Position numbers and translations under genes: made by a program | Notes under the pieces: model-generated | Seen by the model: only the letters and a program-made list of their open reading frames with translations | Databases searched by the model: none | What the model was told of the DNA's origin: nothing | Assembly (NCBI GenBank): GCA_964016885.1 | Contig: OZ024742.1 | Location: 374,108,001 to 374,172,000, forward strand | Source: Eledone cirrhosa | Taxonomy: Eukaryota | DNA: 64,000 nt | Direction: 5' to 3' | Part shown: positions 37,801 through 58,640 of the stretch, piece by piece | How positions within the stretch are numbered: position 1 is the stretch's first letter | How the letters are laid out: each line of letters begins with the position of its first letter

Positions 37801-40800
37801 ATATATAACATATAACATATATAACATATATAATACATATCACATATATAACATGTATAACATATATAACATATAATATATATAACATAACATATATAAC
37901 ATATATAACATATATAACATATATAACATATATAATATATAAAATATATAACATATATAACATATATGACATATGTAACATATATAACATATATAACATA
38001 TATAGCATATAACATATATGACTTATATAACATATAACATATATAACATATATAACATATAGAACATATAACATATATAACATACAACATATATAACATA
38101 TATAAAATATATAACATATAACATATATAATATATAACATATAACATATATAATATATAACATATATAACATATAACATATATAACATATAACATATAAC
38201 ATATATAATATATATAATATATAACATATGACATATATAATATATAACATATATAACATATATAACATATAACATATATAACATATTTAACATATATAAC
38301 ATATAATATATATAATATATAACATATATAACATATAGAATATATAACATATATAATATATATAACATATATAACATATAACATATATAGCATATATAAC
38401 ATATAACATATATAATATATATAACATATATAACATATGACTTATATAACATATATAACATATAACATATAAATAACATACATAACATATAATATTTAAC
38501 ATATAACATATATAACATATATAATATATAACATATGTAACATATAACATATATAACATATATAATATATAGCATATATAACATATATATAACATATATA
38601 ACATATAACATATAAATAACATATATAACATATAATATTTAACATATAACATATATAACATATATAATATATAACATATAACATATATAATATATAACAT
38701 ATATAACATATAACGTATATAACATATATAACGTATATAATATATAACTTATATAACATATATAACATATAACATATATAACATATATAACATAACATAT
38801 ATAATATATAACATATAGAACATATAGAACATATATCATATATAATATATATAACATATATAACATGTGACATATATAACATATATAAAATATAACATAT
38901 ATAATATATAACATATATAATATATAACATATATAACATATAAAATATATAACATATATAATATATAACATATATAACACATATCACATATATAACATAT
39001 GACATATATATAACATATATAACATATAATATATAACATATATAACATATAAAACATATAACATATATAACACATATAACATATATAATATATTACATAT
39101 ATAAGATATAACATATATAACATATATAACATATATAAGAATATAACATATATAACATATATAACGTATAATATATACAACATATATAACATATATTACA
39201 TATATAATATATATAACATATATAACATATAACATATAACATATATAACATATATAACATATATAACATATATAACATATAACATATATAATATATATAA
39301 CATATATAACATGTATAACATATATAACATATAATATATATAACATATAACATATATAATACATATAACATATATAACATACAACATATATAACATATAT
39401 AACATATATAATATATATAACATATATAACATATAATATATATAACATATATAACATACATAACATATATAACATATATAACATATATAACATATATAAC
39501 ATATATAACATATATAACATATATGACATATGTAACATATATAACATATATAACATATATAACATATATAACATATATAACATATATAACATATAGAACA
39601 TATAAGATATATAACATATATAACATATAACATATAAAAAATATATATAACCTATAACATATATAATATATAACATATATAACATATAACATATTTAACA
39701 TATAACATATATAAAATATATACAACATATATAACATATAACATATAAATAACATATATAACATATAATATTTAACATATAACATATATAACATATATAA
39801 TATATAACATATAACATATATAATATATAACATATATAACATATAACATATATAACATATATAACGTATATAATATATAACTTATATAATATATAAAATA
39901 TATAACAGATGGAACATATAACATATATAATATGTATAACATATATAACATGTGACATATATAACATATATAATATATATCACATATATAACATATATAA
40001 CATATATAACATATAACATATAACATATAACATATATAACATATATAACATATAGTAGATATAACATATATACAACATATATAATATATATGTAACATAT
40101 ATAACATATATAACATATATAACATATATAACATATATAACATAGAACATATATAATATATAACATATAGAACATATAACACATATAATATATATAACAT
40201 ATATAACATATCACATATATAATATATATAATATATAACATATATAATATATAACATATATAACATATATAACATATATAACATATAACATATATAATAT
40301 ATGGCATATATAACATATATAACATATATAACATATATAACATATAACATATATAATGTATAACATATATAACATATAACATATAACATATATAACATAT
40401 ATAATATATATAATATATATAGCATATAACATATATAACATAAAACATATACCATATATAACATATATAACATATATAACATATATAACATGTATATAAT
40501 ATAACATATATAACATATAACATATATAACATATATAACATATATAACATATATAACATATATAACATATAACATGTATATAACATATATAACATATAAC
40601 ATATAACATATATAACATATATAATATATATAATATATATAGCATATAACATATATAACATAAAACATATACCATATATAACATATATAACATATATAAC
40701 ATATATAACATGTATATAATATAACATATATAACATATAACATATATAACATATATAACATATATAACATATATAACATATATAACATTTAACATATATA

Positions 40801-41630
40801 ATATATAACATTTATGACATATAACATTTATAACATATAACATATATAACATATATAAAATATAACATATATAACATATATATAACATATATAACATATA
40901 ATATTTAACATATAAGATATATAACGTATATTACATATATAACATATATAACATTTAACATATATAACACATATAACATATTTAACATATATAACATATA
41001 TAACATATAAACCATATAACATATATAACATATATAACATATTTAACATATATAGCATATAACATATATAACATATAACATATAACATATATAACATATA
41101 TTACATATAAAATGTATATAAAATATATAATATATATATAACTTATATGACATATATAACATATATAACATAGAAGATATATAATATATAACATATAGAA
41201 CATATAACAAATATAATATATATAACATATATAACATATCACATCTATAATATATATAACATATAACAGATATAACATATAACATATATTACATATATGA
41301 CATATATAACATATAAAACATATTTAACATATAACATATATAATATATAACATATATAATATATAACATATAACATATATAACATATATAATACATATCA
41401 CATATATAACATGTATAACATATATAACATATAATATATATAACATAACATATATAACATATATAACATATATAACATATATAACATATATAATATATAA
41501 AATATATAACATATATAACATATATGACATATGTAACATATATAACATATATAACATATATAGCATATAACATATATGACTTATATAACATATAACATAT
41601 ATAACATATATAACATATAGAACATATAAC
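34660..41630 (+). repeat. Near-identical tandem duplication, period 3404 bp; the second copy has an internal 220-bp duplication (net +154 bp)
   Basis: ORF pairs 34883/38287, 35092/38496, 35580/38984 and 36291/39695 differ by 3404; 37270/40828 and 37731/41289 differ by 3558. TAAAACATATACCAT occurs at 40441 and 40661. Confidence 0.93.
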
Positions 41631-44600
41631 ATATATAACATATAACATATAAAACATATATAACATATATAACATATGTAACATAAATAACATATATAAC
41701 ATATAAAATATATAACATATATAACATATATGACATATGTAACATATATAACATATATAACATATATAGCATATAACATATATGACTTATATAACATATA
41801 ACATATATAACATATATAACATATAGAACATATAACATATATAACATATAACATATAAAACATATATAACATATATAACATATATAACATATATAACATA
41901 TATAACATATATTTTTTATATGACATAAGTAACAGATATAACATATATAACATATATAGCATATAACATATATAACATATATAACATATATTATATATAA
42001 CATATATATCATATACAACATATAACATATATAACATATATAACATATATAACATATATAACATATATAAAATATATAACATATATAACATATATAACAT
42101 ATATAACATACAACATATATAACATATATCATATAACATATATAACATATATAACATACACAACATATAACATATATAATATATAACATATATAACATAT
42201 AGAACATATATAACATATATAATATATAACATATATAACATATATAACATATAACATATATATAAACATATATAACATATAATATATAACATATAACATA
42301 TATAACATATAATATATAACATATAATATATATAACATATATAACATATATAACATATAACATATAATATATAACATTTATAACATATAGAACATATAAC
42401 ATATATAATATATATAACATATATCACATATGACGTATATAACATATATAACATATAACATATATAATATATAACATATATAACATATAACATATATAAC
42501 ATATATAATATATATAACAAATATAGCATATAACATATATAACATATATAACATAATATATATAACATATAGAACATATAACATATATAAAATATATAAC
42601 GTATATAACATATAACATATATAACATATATAACATATAATATATATAACATACAACATATATAACATATATCATATAACGTATATAACATATATAACAT
42701 ATAGAACATATAACATATATATAATATATAACATATATAACATATATAACATATATAACATATATAACATATATAATATATAACATATATAACATAAATA
42801 ATATATAACATGTATAAACATATATAAGATATAATATATAACATATATAACATATATAATATATAACATATAACATATATAATATATAACATATATAACA
42901 TATATCATATATAACATATATAACATATATAATATATAACATATATAACATATATAACATATAACATATATAACATATATAACATATATAACATATAACA
43001 TATAATGTATGACATATATGACATATAGAACATATAACATATATAATATATATAGCATATATAACATATGACGTATATAACATATATAACATATAACATA
43101 TATAATGTATAACATATATAAAATATAACATATATGACATATATAATATATAACATATATAACATATAACATATAATATATAACATATAACATATAAATA
43201 ACATATATAACATATAATATTTAACATATAACATATATAACATATATAATATATAACGTATAACATATATAATATATAACATATATAACATATAACATAT
43301 ATAACATATATAACGTATATAATATATAACTTATATAACATATATAACATATAACATATATAGCATATATAACATATATAACATATATAATATATAACAT
43401 ATAGAACATATAGAACATATATCATATATAATATATATAACATATATAACATGTGACATATATAACATATACAAAATATAACATATATAAAATATAACAT
43501 ATATAATATATAACATATATAACATATTACATATATAACATATATAATATAAAACATATATAACACATATGACATATATAACATATAACATATATATAAC
43601 ATATATAACATATAATATATAACATATATAACATATAAAACATATAACATATAATATATATAACACATATAACATATATAATATATAACATATATAACAT
43701 ATAACATATATAACATATATAACATATATAAGAATATAACATATATAACATATATAACGAATAATATATACAACATATATAACATATATTACATATATAA
43801 CATACAACATATATAACATATAACATATAACATATATAACATATATAATATATATAACATATAACATATATAATATATATAACATATATAACATACAACA
43901 TATATAACATATATAACATATATAACATATATAACATATATAATATATATAACATATATAACATACATAATATATATAACATATATAACATATATCACAT
44001 ATATAACATATATAACATATATAACATATATAACATATATAACATATATAACATATAAGACCTATGTAACGTATATAACATATATAACATATATAGCATA
44101 TAATATATATAACTTATATATCATATAACATATATAACATATAGAACATATAATATATATGACATTTATAACATATAATATATAAAACATATATAACATA
44201 TAACATATATAACATATATATAACATATATAACATATAACAAATAAATAACATATATAACATATAATATTTAACATATAACATATGTAACATATATAATA
44301 TTATAACATATGTAATATATAACATTTAAAATATATAACTTATATAACATATATAACATATAACATATATAATATATAACATATATAACATATAGAACAT
44401 ATAACATATATAATATATATAACATATATAACATGTGACATATATAACATATATAACATATAACATATATAACATACAACATATATAACATATATAACAT
44501 ATATAACATACAACATATATAATATATAACATATAACATATATAATATATAACATATATAATATATAAAATATATAACATATAACATATAACATATATAA

Positions 44601-47600
44601 TATATATAATATATAACATATATAACATATAGAATATATAACATATATAATATATATAACATATATAACATATAACATATATAGCATATATAACATATAA
44701 CATATATAATATATATAACATATATAACATATGACTTATATAACATATATAACATATAACATATAAATAACATATATAACATATAATATTTAACATATAA
44801 CATATATAACATATATAATATATAACATATGTAACATATAACATATATAACATATATAATATATAGCATATATAACATACATCTAACATATATAACATAT
44901 AACATATAAATAACATATATAACATATAATATTTAACATATAACATATATAACATATATAATATATAACATATAACATATATAATATATAACATATATAA
45001 CATATAACGTATATAACATATATAACGTATATAATATATAACTTATATAACATATATAACATATAACATATATAACATATATAACATAACATATATAATA
45101 TATAACATATAGAACATATAGAAAATATATCATATATAATATATATAACATATATAACATGTGACATATATAACATATATAAAATATAAAATATATAATA
45201 TATAACATATATAATATATAACATATATAACATATAAAATATATAAAATATATAATATATAACATATATAATACATATCACATATATAACATATGACATA
45301 TATATAACATATATAACATATAATATATAACATATATAACATATATAACATATAGAACATATAACATATATAACATATAACATATAAAACATATATAACA
45401 TATATAACATATGTAACATAAATAACATATATAACATATAAAATATATAACATATATAACATATATGACATATGTAACATATATAACATATATAACATAT
45501 ATAGCATATAACATATATGACTTATATAACATATAACATATATAACATATATAACATATAGAACATATAACATATATAACATATAACATATAAAACATAT
45601 ATAACATATATAACATATATAACATATATAACATATATAACATATATTTTTTATATGACATAAGTAACAGATATAACATATATAACATATATAGCATATA
45701 ACATATATAACATATATAACATATATTATATATAACATATATATCATATACAACATATAACATATATAACATATATAACATATATAACATATATAACATA
45801 TATAAAATATATAACATATATAACATATATAACATATATAACATACAACATATATAACATATATCATATAACATATATAACATATATAACATACACAACA
45901 TATAACATATATAATATATAACATATATAACATATAGAACATATATAACATATATAATATATAACATATATAACATATATAACATATAACATATATATAA
46001 ACATATATAACATATAATATATAACATATAACATATATAACATATAATATATAACATATAATATATATAACATATATAACATATATAACATATAACATAT
46101 AATATATAACATTTATAACATATAGAACATATAACATATATAATATATATAACATATATCACATATGACGTATATAACATATATAACATATAACATATAT
46201 AATATATAACATATATAACATATAACATATATAACATATATAATATATATAACAAATATAGCATATAACATATATAACATATATAACATAATATATATAA
46301 CATATAGAACATATAACATATATAAAATATATAACGTATATAACATATAACATATATAACATATATAACATATAATATATATAACATACAACATATATAA
46401 CATATATCATATAACGTATATAACATATATAACATATAGAACATATAACATATATATAATATATAACATATATAACATATATAACATATATAACATATAT
46501 AACATATATAATATATAACATATATAACATAAATAATATATAACATGTATAAACATATATAAGATATAATATATAACATATATAACATATATAATATATA
46601 ACATATAACATATATAATATATAACATATATAACATATATCATATATAACATATATAACATATATAATATATAACATATATAACATATATAACATATAAC
46701 ATATATAACATATATAACATATATAACATATAACATATAATGTATGACATATATGACATATAGAACATATAACATATATAATATATATAGCATATATAAC
46801 ATATGACGTATATAACATATATAACATATAACATATATAATGTATAACATATATAAAATATAACATATATGACATATATAATATATAACATATATAACAT
46901 ATAACATATAATATATAACATATAACATATAAATAACATATATAACATATAATATTTAACATATAACATATATAACATATATAATATATAACGTATAACA
47001 TATATAATATATAACATATATAACATATAACATATATAACATATATAACGTATATAATATATAACTTATATAACATATATAACATATAACATATATAGCA
47101 TATATAACATATATAACATATATAATATATAACATATAGAACATATAGAACATATATCATATATAATATATATAACATATATAACATGTGACATATATAA
47201 CATATACAAAATATAACATATATAAAATATAACATATATAATATATAACATATATAACATATTACATATATAACATATATAATATAAAACATATATAACA
47301 CATATGACATATATAACATATAACATATATATAACATATATAACATATAATATATAACATATATAACATATAAAACATATAACATATAATATATATAACA
47401 CATATAACATATATAATATATAACATATATAACATATAACATATATAACATATATAACATATATAAGAATATAACATATATAACATATATAACGAATAAT
47501 ATATACAACATATATAACATATATTACATATATAACATACAACATATATAACATATAACATATAACATATATAACATATATAATATATATAACATATAAC

Positions 47601-49080
47601 ATATATAATATATATAACATATATAACATACAACATATATAACATATATAACATATATAACATATATAACATATATAATATATATAACATATATAACATA
47701 CATAATATATATAACATATATAACATATATCACATATATAACATATATAACATATATAACATATATAACATATATAACATATATAACATATAAGACCTAT
47801 GTAACGTATATAACATATATAACATATATAGCATATAATATATATAACTTATATATCATATAACATATATAACATATAGAACATATAATATATATGACAT
47901 TTATAACATATAATATATAAAACATATATAACATATAACATATATAACATATATATAACATATATAACATATAACAAATAAATAACATATATAACATATA
48001 ATATTTAACATATAACATATGTAACATATATAATATTATAACATATGTAATATATAACATTTAAAATATATAACTTATATAACATATATAACATATAACA
48101 TATATAATATATAACATATATAACATATAGAACATATAACATATATAATATATATAACATATATAACATGTGACATATATAACATATATAACATATAACA
48201 TATATAACATACAACATATATAACATATATAACATATATAACATACAACATATATAATATATAACATATAACATATATAATATATAACATATATAATATA
48301 TAAAATATATAACATATAACATATAACATATATAATATATATAATATATAACATATATAACATATAGAATATATAACATATATAATATATATAACATATA
48401 TAACATATAACATATATAGCATATATAACATATAACATATATAATATATATAACATATATAACATATGACTTATATAACATATATAACATATAACATATA
48501 AATAACATATATAACATATAATATTTAACATATAACATATATAACATATATAATATATAACATATGTAACATATAACATATATAACATATATAATATATA
48601 GCATATATAACATACATCTAACATATATAACATATAACATATAAATAACATATATAACATATAATATTTAACATATAACATATATAACATATATAATATA
48701 TAACATATAACATATATAATATATAACATATATAACATATAACGTATATAACATATATAACGTATATAATATATAACTTATATAACATATATAACATATA
48801 ACATATATAACATATATAACATAACATATATAATATATAACATATAGAACATATAGAAAATATATCATATATAATATATATAACATATATAACATGTGAC
48901 ATATATAACATATATAAAATATAAAATATATAATATATAACATATATAATATATAACATATATAACATATAAAATATATAAAATATATAATATATAACAT
49001 ATATAATACATATCACATATATAACATATGACATATATATAACATATATAACATATAATATATAACATATATAACATATA
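41590..49080 (+). repeat. Near-identical tandem duplication, period 3735 bp
   Basis: ORF pairs 42129/45864, 42424/46159, 43789/47524, 44062/47797 and 44933/48668 all differ by 3735 with matching translations. T6 marker at 41912 and 45647. Confidence 0.95.
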
Positions 49081-51879
49081 AAACATATAACATATAACAT
49101 ATATAACACATATAACATATATAATATATTACATATATAAGATATAACATATATAACATATATAACATATATAAGAATATAACATATATAACATATATAA
49201 CGTATAATATATACAACATATATAACATATATTACATATATAATATATATAACATATATAACATATAACATATAACATATATAACATATATAACATATAT
49301 AACATATATAACATATAACATATATAACATATATAATATATATAACATATATAACATGTATAACATATATAACATATAATATATATAACATATAACATAT
49401 ATAATATATATAACATATATAACATACAACATATATAACATATATAACATATATAATATATATAACATATATAACATATAATATATATAACATATATAAC
49501 ATACATAACATATATAACATATATAACATATATAAAATATATAACATATATAACATATATAACATATATGACATATGTAACATATATAACATATATAACA
49601 TATATAACATATATAACATATATAACATATAGAACATATAACATATATAACATATATAACATATAAAAAATATATATAACCTATAACATATATAATATAT
49701 AACATATATAACATATAACATATTTAACATATAACATATATAAAATATATACAACATATATAACATATAACATATAAATAACATATATAACATATAATAT
49801 TTAACATATAACATATATAACATATATAATATATAACATATAACATATATAATATATAACATATATAACATATAACATATATAACATATATAACGTATAT
49901 AATATATAACTTATATAATATATAAAATATATAACATATGGAACATATAACATATATAATATGTATAACATATATAACATGTTACATATATAACATATAT
50001 AATATATATCACATATATAACATATATAACATATATAACATATAACATATAACATATAACATATATAACATATATAACATATAGTAGATATAACATATAT
50101 ACAACATATATAATATATATGTAACATATATAACATATATAACATATATAACATATATAACATATATAAGATAGAACATATATAATATATAACATATAGA
50201 ACATATAACACATATAATATATATAACATATATAACATATCACATATATAATATATATAATATATAACATATATAATATATAACATATATAACATATATA
50301 ACATATATAACATATAACATATATAATATATGGCATATATAACATATATAACATATATAACATATATAACATATAACATATATAATGTATAACATATATA
50401 ACATATAACATATAACATATATAACATATATGATATATATAATATATATAGCATATAACATATATAACATAAAACATATACCATATATAACATATATAAC
50501 ATATATAACATATATAACATGTATATAATATAACATATATAACATATAACATATATAACATATATAACATATATAACATATATAACATATATAACATATA
50601 ACATGTATATAACATATATAACATATAATATATAACATATAACATATATAACATATATAACATTTAACATATATAATATATAACATTTATGACATATAAC
50701 ATTTATAACATGTAACATATATAATATATAACATATATAACATATATATAACATATATAACATATAATATTTAACATATAACATATATAACGTATATTAC
50801 ATATATAACATATATAACATTTAACATATATAACACATATAACATATTTAACATATATAACATATATAACATATAAACCATATAACATATATAACATATA
50901 TAACATATTTAACATATATAGCATATAACATATATAACATATAAGATATAACATATAACATATATAACATATATTACATATAAAATGTATATAAAATATA
51001 TAATATATATATAACTTATATGACATATATAACTTATATAACACAGAACATATATAATATATAACATATAGAACATATAACAAATATAATATATATAACA
51101 TATATAACATATCACATCTATAATATATATAACATATAACATATATAATATATAACATATATAACATATAACATATATTACATATATGACATATATAACA
51201 TATAAAACATATTTAACATATAACATATATAATATATAACATATATAATATATAACATATAACATATATAACATATATAATATATATCACATATATAACA
51301 TGTATAACATATATAACATATAATATATATAACATAACATATATAACATATATAACATATATAACATATATAACATATATAATATATATAACCTATAACA
51401 TATAAAACATATATAACATATATAACATATGTAACATAAATAACATATATAACATATAAAATATATAACATATATAACATATATGACATATGTAACATAT
51501 ATAACATATATAACATATATAGCATATAACATATATGACTTATATAACATATAACATATAGAACATATAACATATATAACATATAACATATAAAACATAT
51601 ATAACATATATAACATATATAACATATATAACATATATTTTTTATATGACATAAGTAACAGATATAACATATATAACATATATAGCATATAACATATATA
51701 ACATATATAACATATATTATATATAACATATATATCATATACAACATATAACATGTATAACATATATAACATATATAACATATATAACATATATAAAATA
51801 TATAACATATATAACATATATAACATATATAACATACAACATATATAACATATATCATATAACATATATAACATATATA

Positions 51880-54350
51880 ACATACATAACATATAACATA
51901 TATAATATATAACATATATAACATATAGAACATATATAACATATATAATATATAACATATATAACATATATAACATATAACATATATATAAACATATATA
52001 ACATATAATATATAACATATAACATATATAACATATAATATATAACATATAACATATATAACATATATAACATATAACATATATAATATATAACATATAT
52101 AACATATATAATATATATAACAAATATAGCATATAACATATATAACATATATAACATAATATATATAACATATATAACATATATAACATATAATATATAT
52201 AATATACAACATATATAACATATATCATATAACGTATATAACATATATAACATATAACATATATATAATATATAACATATATAAAATATATAACATATAT
52301 AACATATATAACATATATAATATATAACATATATAACATAAATAATATATAACATATATAAACATATATAACATATAATATATAACATATATAACATATA
52401 TAATATATATCATATAACATATATAATATATAACATATATAACATATATCATATATAACATATATAACATATATAATATATAACATATATAACATATATA
52501 ACATATAACATATATAACATATATAACATATATAACATATAACATATAATGTATGACATATATGACATATAGAACATATAACATATATAATATATATAAC
52601 ATATATAACATATGACGTATATAACATATATAACATATATAACATATACCATATAAAATATATAACATATATAAAGTATAACATATATGACATATATAAT
52701 ATATAACATATATAACATATAACATATAATATATAACATATATAACATATAGAACATATAACATATATAATATATATAACAAATATAACATATGACGTAT
52801 ATAACATATATAACATATAACATATATAATATATAACATATATAACATATAACATATATAACATATATAATATATAACATATATAACATATATATAACAT
52901 ATATAACATATAACATATAAATAACATATATAACATATAATATTTAACATATAACATATATAACATATATAATATATAACATATAAAATATATAATATAT
53001 AACATATATAACATATATAATATATAACATATAACATATAAAATATATAACATATATAACATATAACATATATAACATATATAACGTATATAATATATAA
53101 CTTATATAACATATATAACATATAACATATATAACATATATAACATATATAACATATATAATATATAACATATAGAACATATAGAACATATATCATATAT
53201 AATATATATAACATATATAACATGTGACATATATAACATATATAAAATATAACATATAAAATATAACATATATAATATATAACATATATAACATATTACA
53301 TATATAACATATATAATATATAACATATATAACACATATGACATATATAACATATAACATATATATAACACATATAACATATAATATATAACATATATAA
53401 CATATAAAACATATAACATATGATATATATAACACATATAACATATATAATATATAACATATATAACATATAACATATATAACATATATAACATATATAA
53501 GAATATAACATATATAACATATATAACATATAATATATACAACATATATAACATATATTACATATATAACATACAACATATATAACATATAACATATAAC
53601 ATATATAACATATATAATATATATAACATATAACATACATAATATATATAACATATATAACATACAACATATATAACATATATAAAATATATAACATATA
53701 TAACATATATAACATATATAATATATATAACATATATAACATATAACATATATAACATATATAATATATAACATATAACATATATAATATATAACATATA
53801 TAACATATAACGTATATAACATATATAACGTATATAATATATAACTTATATAACATATATAACATATAACATATATAACATATATAACATAACATATATA
53901 ATATATAACATATAGAACATATAGAACATATATCATATATAATATATATAACATATATAACATGTGACATATATAACATATATAAAATATAACATATATA
54001 ACATATAACATATATAATATATAACATATATAACATATAAAATATATAACATATATAATATATAACATATATAACACATATCACATATATAACATATGAC
54101 ATATATATAACATATATAACATATAATATATAACATATATAACATATAAAACATATAACATATAACATATATAACACATATAACATATATAATATATTAC
54201 ATATATAAGATATAACATATATAACATATATAACATATATAAGAATATAACATATATAACATATATAACGTATAATATATACAACATATATGACATATAT
54301 TACATATATAATATATATAACATATATAACATATAACATATAACATATAT
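51880..54350 (+). repeat. ~2.5-kb block duplicated at ~61450-64000 (offset ~9652-9661)
   Basis: ORF pairs 52449/62110 differ by 9661; 52944/62596, 53102/62754, 53558/63210, 53933/63585 and 54081/63733 differ by 9652. Several substitutions separate the copies. Confidence 0.88.
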
Positions 54351-56934
54351 AACATATATAACATATATAACATATAACATATATAACATATATAATATAT
54401 ATAACATATCTAACATACAACATATATAACATATATAACATATATAATATATATAACATATATAACATATAATATATATAACATATATAACATATATAAC
54501 ATATATAACATATATAACATATATAACATATATAAAATATATGACATATGTAACATATATAACATATATAACATATATAGCATATAACATATATAACTTA
54601 TATAACATATAACATATATAACATATAGAACATATAAGATATATAACATATATAACATATAACATATAAAAAATATATATAACCTATAACATATATAATA
54701 TATAACATATATAACATATAACATATTTAACATATAACATATATAAAATATATACAACATATATAACATATAACATATAAATAACATATATAACATATAA
54801 TATTTAACATATAACATATATAACATATATAATATATAACATATAACATATATAATATATAACATATATAACATATAACATATATAACATATATAACGTA
54901 TATAATATATAACTTATATAATATATAACATATATAACATATGGAACATATAACATATATAATATATATAACATATATAACATGTGACATATATAACATA
55001 TATAACATATATCACATATATAACATATATAACATATATAACATATAACATATAACATATAACATATATAACATATATAACATATAGTAGATATAACATA
55101 TATACAACATATATAATATATATGTAACATATATAACATATATAACATATATAACATATATAACATATATAACATAGAACATATATAATATATAACATAT
55201 AGAACATATAACACATATAATGTATATAACATATATAACATATCACATATATAATATATATAATATATAACATATATAATATATAACATATATAACATAT
55301 ATAACATATATAACATATAACATATATAATATATGGCATATATAACATATATAACATATATAACATATATAACATATAACATATATAATATATAACATAT
55401 ATAACATATAACATATAACATATATAACATATATAACATATATAATATATATAGCATATAACATATATAACATATAACATATACCATATATAACATATAT
55501 AACATATATAACATATATAACATGTATATAATATAACATATATAACATATAACATATATAACATATATAACATATTTAACATATATAGCATATAACATAT
55601 ATAACATATAAGATATAACATATAACATATATAACATATATTACATATAAAATGTATATAAAATATATAATATATATATAACTTATATGACATATATAAC
55701 ATATATAACATAGAACATATATAATATATAACATATAGAACATATAACAAATATAATATATATAACATATATAACATATCACATCTATAATATATATAAC
55801 ATATAACATATATAATATATAACATATATAACATATAACATATATTAAATATAACATATATATAACATATATAACATATATAACATATAACATATAACAT
55901 ATATAACATATAATATATATAACATATATAACATGTATAACATATTTAACATATATATAACCTATATAACATATAACATATAAATAACATATATAACATA
56001 TAATATTTAACATATAACATATATAAAATATATAATATATAACATATAACATATATAATATATAACATATATAACATATAACATATATAACATATATAAA
56101 GTATATAATATATAACATATATAACATATATAACATATAACATATATAACATACAACATATATAACATATATAACATATATAACATATAACATATAACAT
56201 ATATAACATATATAATATATAACATATAACATATATAATATATAACATATAGAATATATAACATATATAATATATAACATATAACATGTATGATATAAGT
56301 AATATATAAAATATGACATATATAATATATAACATATATAACATATATAACATATAATATATATAACATACAACATATATAACATATATAACATATATAT
56401 CAAATAACATATAACATATATAACATATATAATATATAACATATAAAATAGATAATATATAACATATAGAAATATAACATATATAACATATAACATATAA
56501 CATATATACTATATATAATATATAAAATATGACATATATAATATATAACATATATAACATATATAACATATATAACATATATAACATATAATATATATAA
56601 TATATAACATATATAACATAGAATATATAACATATATAATATATATAACATATATAACATATAACATATATAACATATATAACATATAACATATATAATA
56701 TATAACATATATAACATATTACATATAAAACATATATAATATATAAAGCATATAACATATATAACATATAACATATAATAATATATAACATATATAACAT
56801 ACAACATAAATAACATATATAACATATATAACATATAACATATAACATATATAACATATATAATATATAACATATAACATATAACATATATAACATATAT
56901 AATATATATAACATATAACATATAACATGTAAAA

Positions 56935-57100
56935 CATATATAATATATATAACATATATAACATATGTAACTCATATAACATATAATATATATAACATAT
57001 AACATATATAATATATATAACATATATAACATATGTAACTCATATAACATATAATATATATAACATATAACATATATAATATATATAACATATATAACAT
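56935..57100 (+). repeat. Tandem duplication, period 68 bp
   Basis: The rare variant GTAACTCATATAAC occurs at 56967 and 57035. Confidence 0.8.
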
Positions 57101-58229
57101 ACAACATATATAACATATATAACATATATAACATATATAATATATATAACACATACAACATATATAACGTATAACATATATAATATATAACATAGATAAC
57201 ATATATAACATATATAACATATATAACATATAACATATATAATATATAACATATATAACATATAACATATATAACATATATAATATATAAAGCATATAAG
57301 ATATATAACATATAACATATAACCTATATAACATATAATACATATATAACATATATAACATACAACATATATAACATATATAACATATATAATATATAAC
57401 ATATATAACATATTTAACATATAACATATATAACATATATAACATATATAACATATAACATATATAACATATATAACATATATAACATATAACATATAAC
57501 ATATAACATATATAACTTATATAATATATAACATATAACATATATAATATATAACATATATAACATATATAACATATAACATATATAACATATATAACAT
57601 ATATAACATATAATATATATAATATATAACATATATAACATATAGAATATATAACATATATAATATATATAACATATATAACATATAACATATATAAAAT
57701 ATATAACATATAACATATATAATATATAACATATATAACATATAACATATATAACATATATAATATATAACATGTATAAAATATATAACATACGTAACAT
57801 GTAACATATATATAACATATATAACATATAATATATAACATATATAACATATATAACATATAACATATATAATATATAAAATATATAACATATATAACAT
57901 ATATAACATATAACATATAATATATAACATATATAACATATAACATATATAACATATATAATATATAAAGCATATAACATATATAACATATAACATATAA
58001 CATATATAACTTATATAACATATATAACATATATAACATACAACATATATAACAGATATAACATATATAATATATAACATATATAACATATATAACATAC
58101 AACATATATAACATATATAACATATATAATATATAACGTATATTATATATATAACATATATAAAATATAGAACAAATGACATATATAATAAATATAACAT
58201 ATATAACAAATAACGTATATAACATATAT

Positions 58230-58640
58230 AACATATAACATATAACATATAACATATATAATATATAACATACATTACATATAACATATATAACATATAT
58301 AACATATATAATATATAACATATATAACATATATAACATATATAACATATAAAATATAACATCATTAACATATAACATCTATAACATCTATAACATATAA
58401 TATATAACATATAACATATATAATATATAACATACATAACATATAACATATATAACATATATAACATATATAATATATAACATATATAACATATATAACA
58501 TATATAACATATAAAATATAACATATATAACATACAACATCTATAACATCTATAACATATAACATATAACATATAACATATAACATATATAATATATAAC
58601 ATACATAACATATAACATATATAACATTTATAATATATAA
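58230..58640 (+). repeat. Local ~160-170-bp tandem duplication or partial triplication
   Basis: ACATCTATAACATCTATAAC at ~58376 and ~58538; CATACAT variants at ~58270, 58431 and 58600. Confidence 0.65.
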
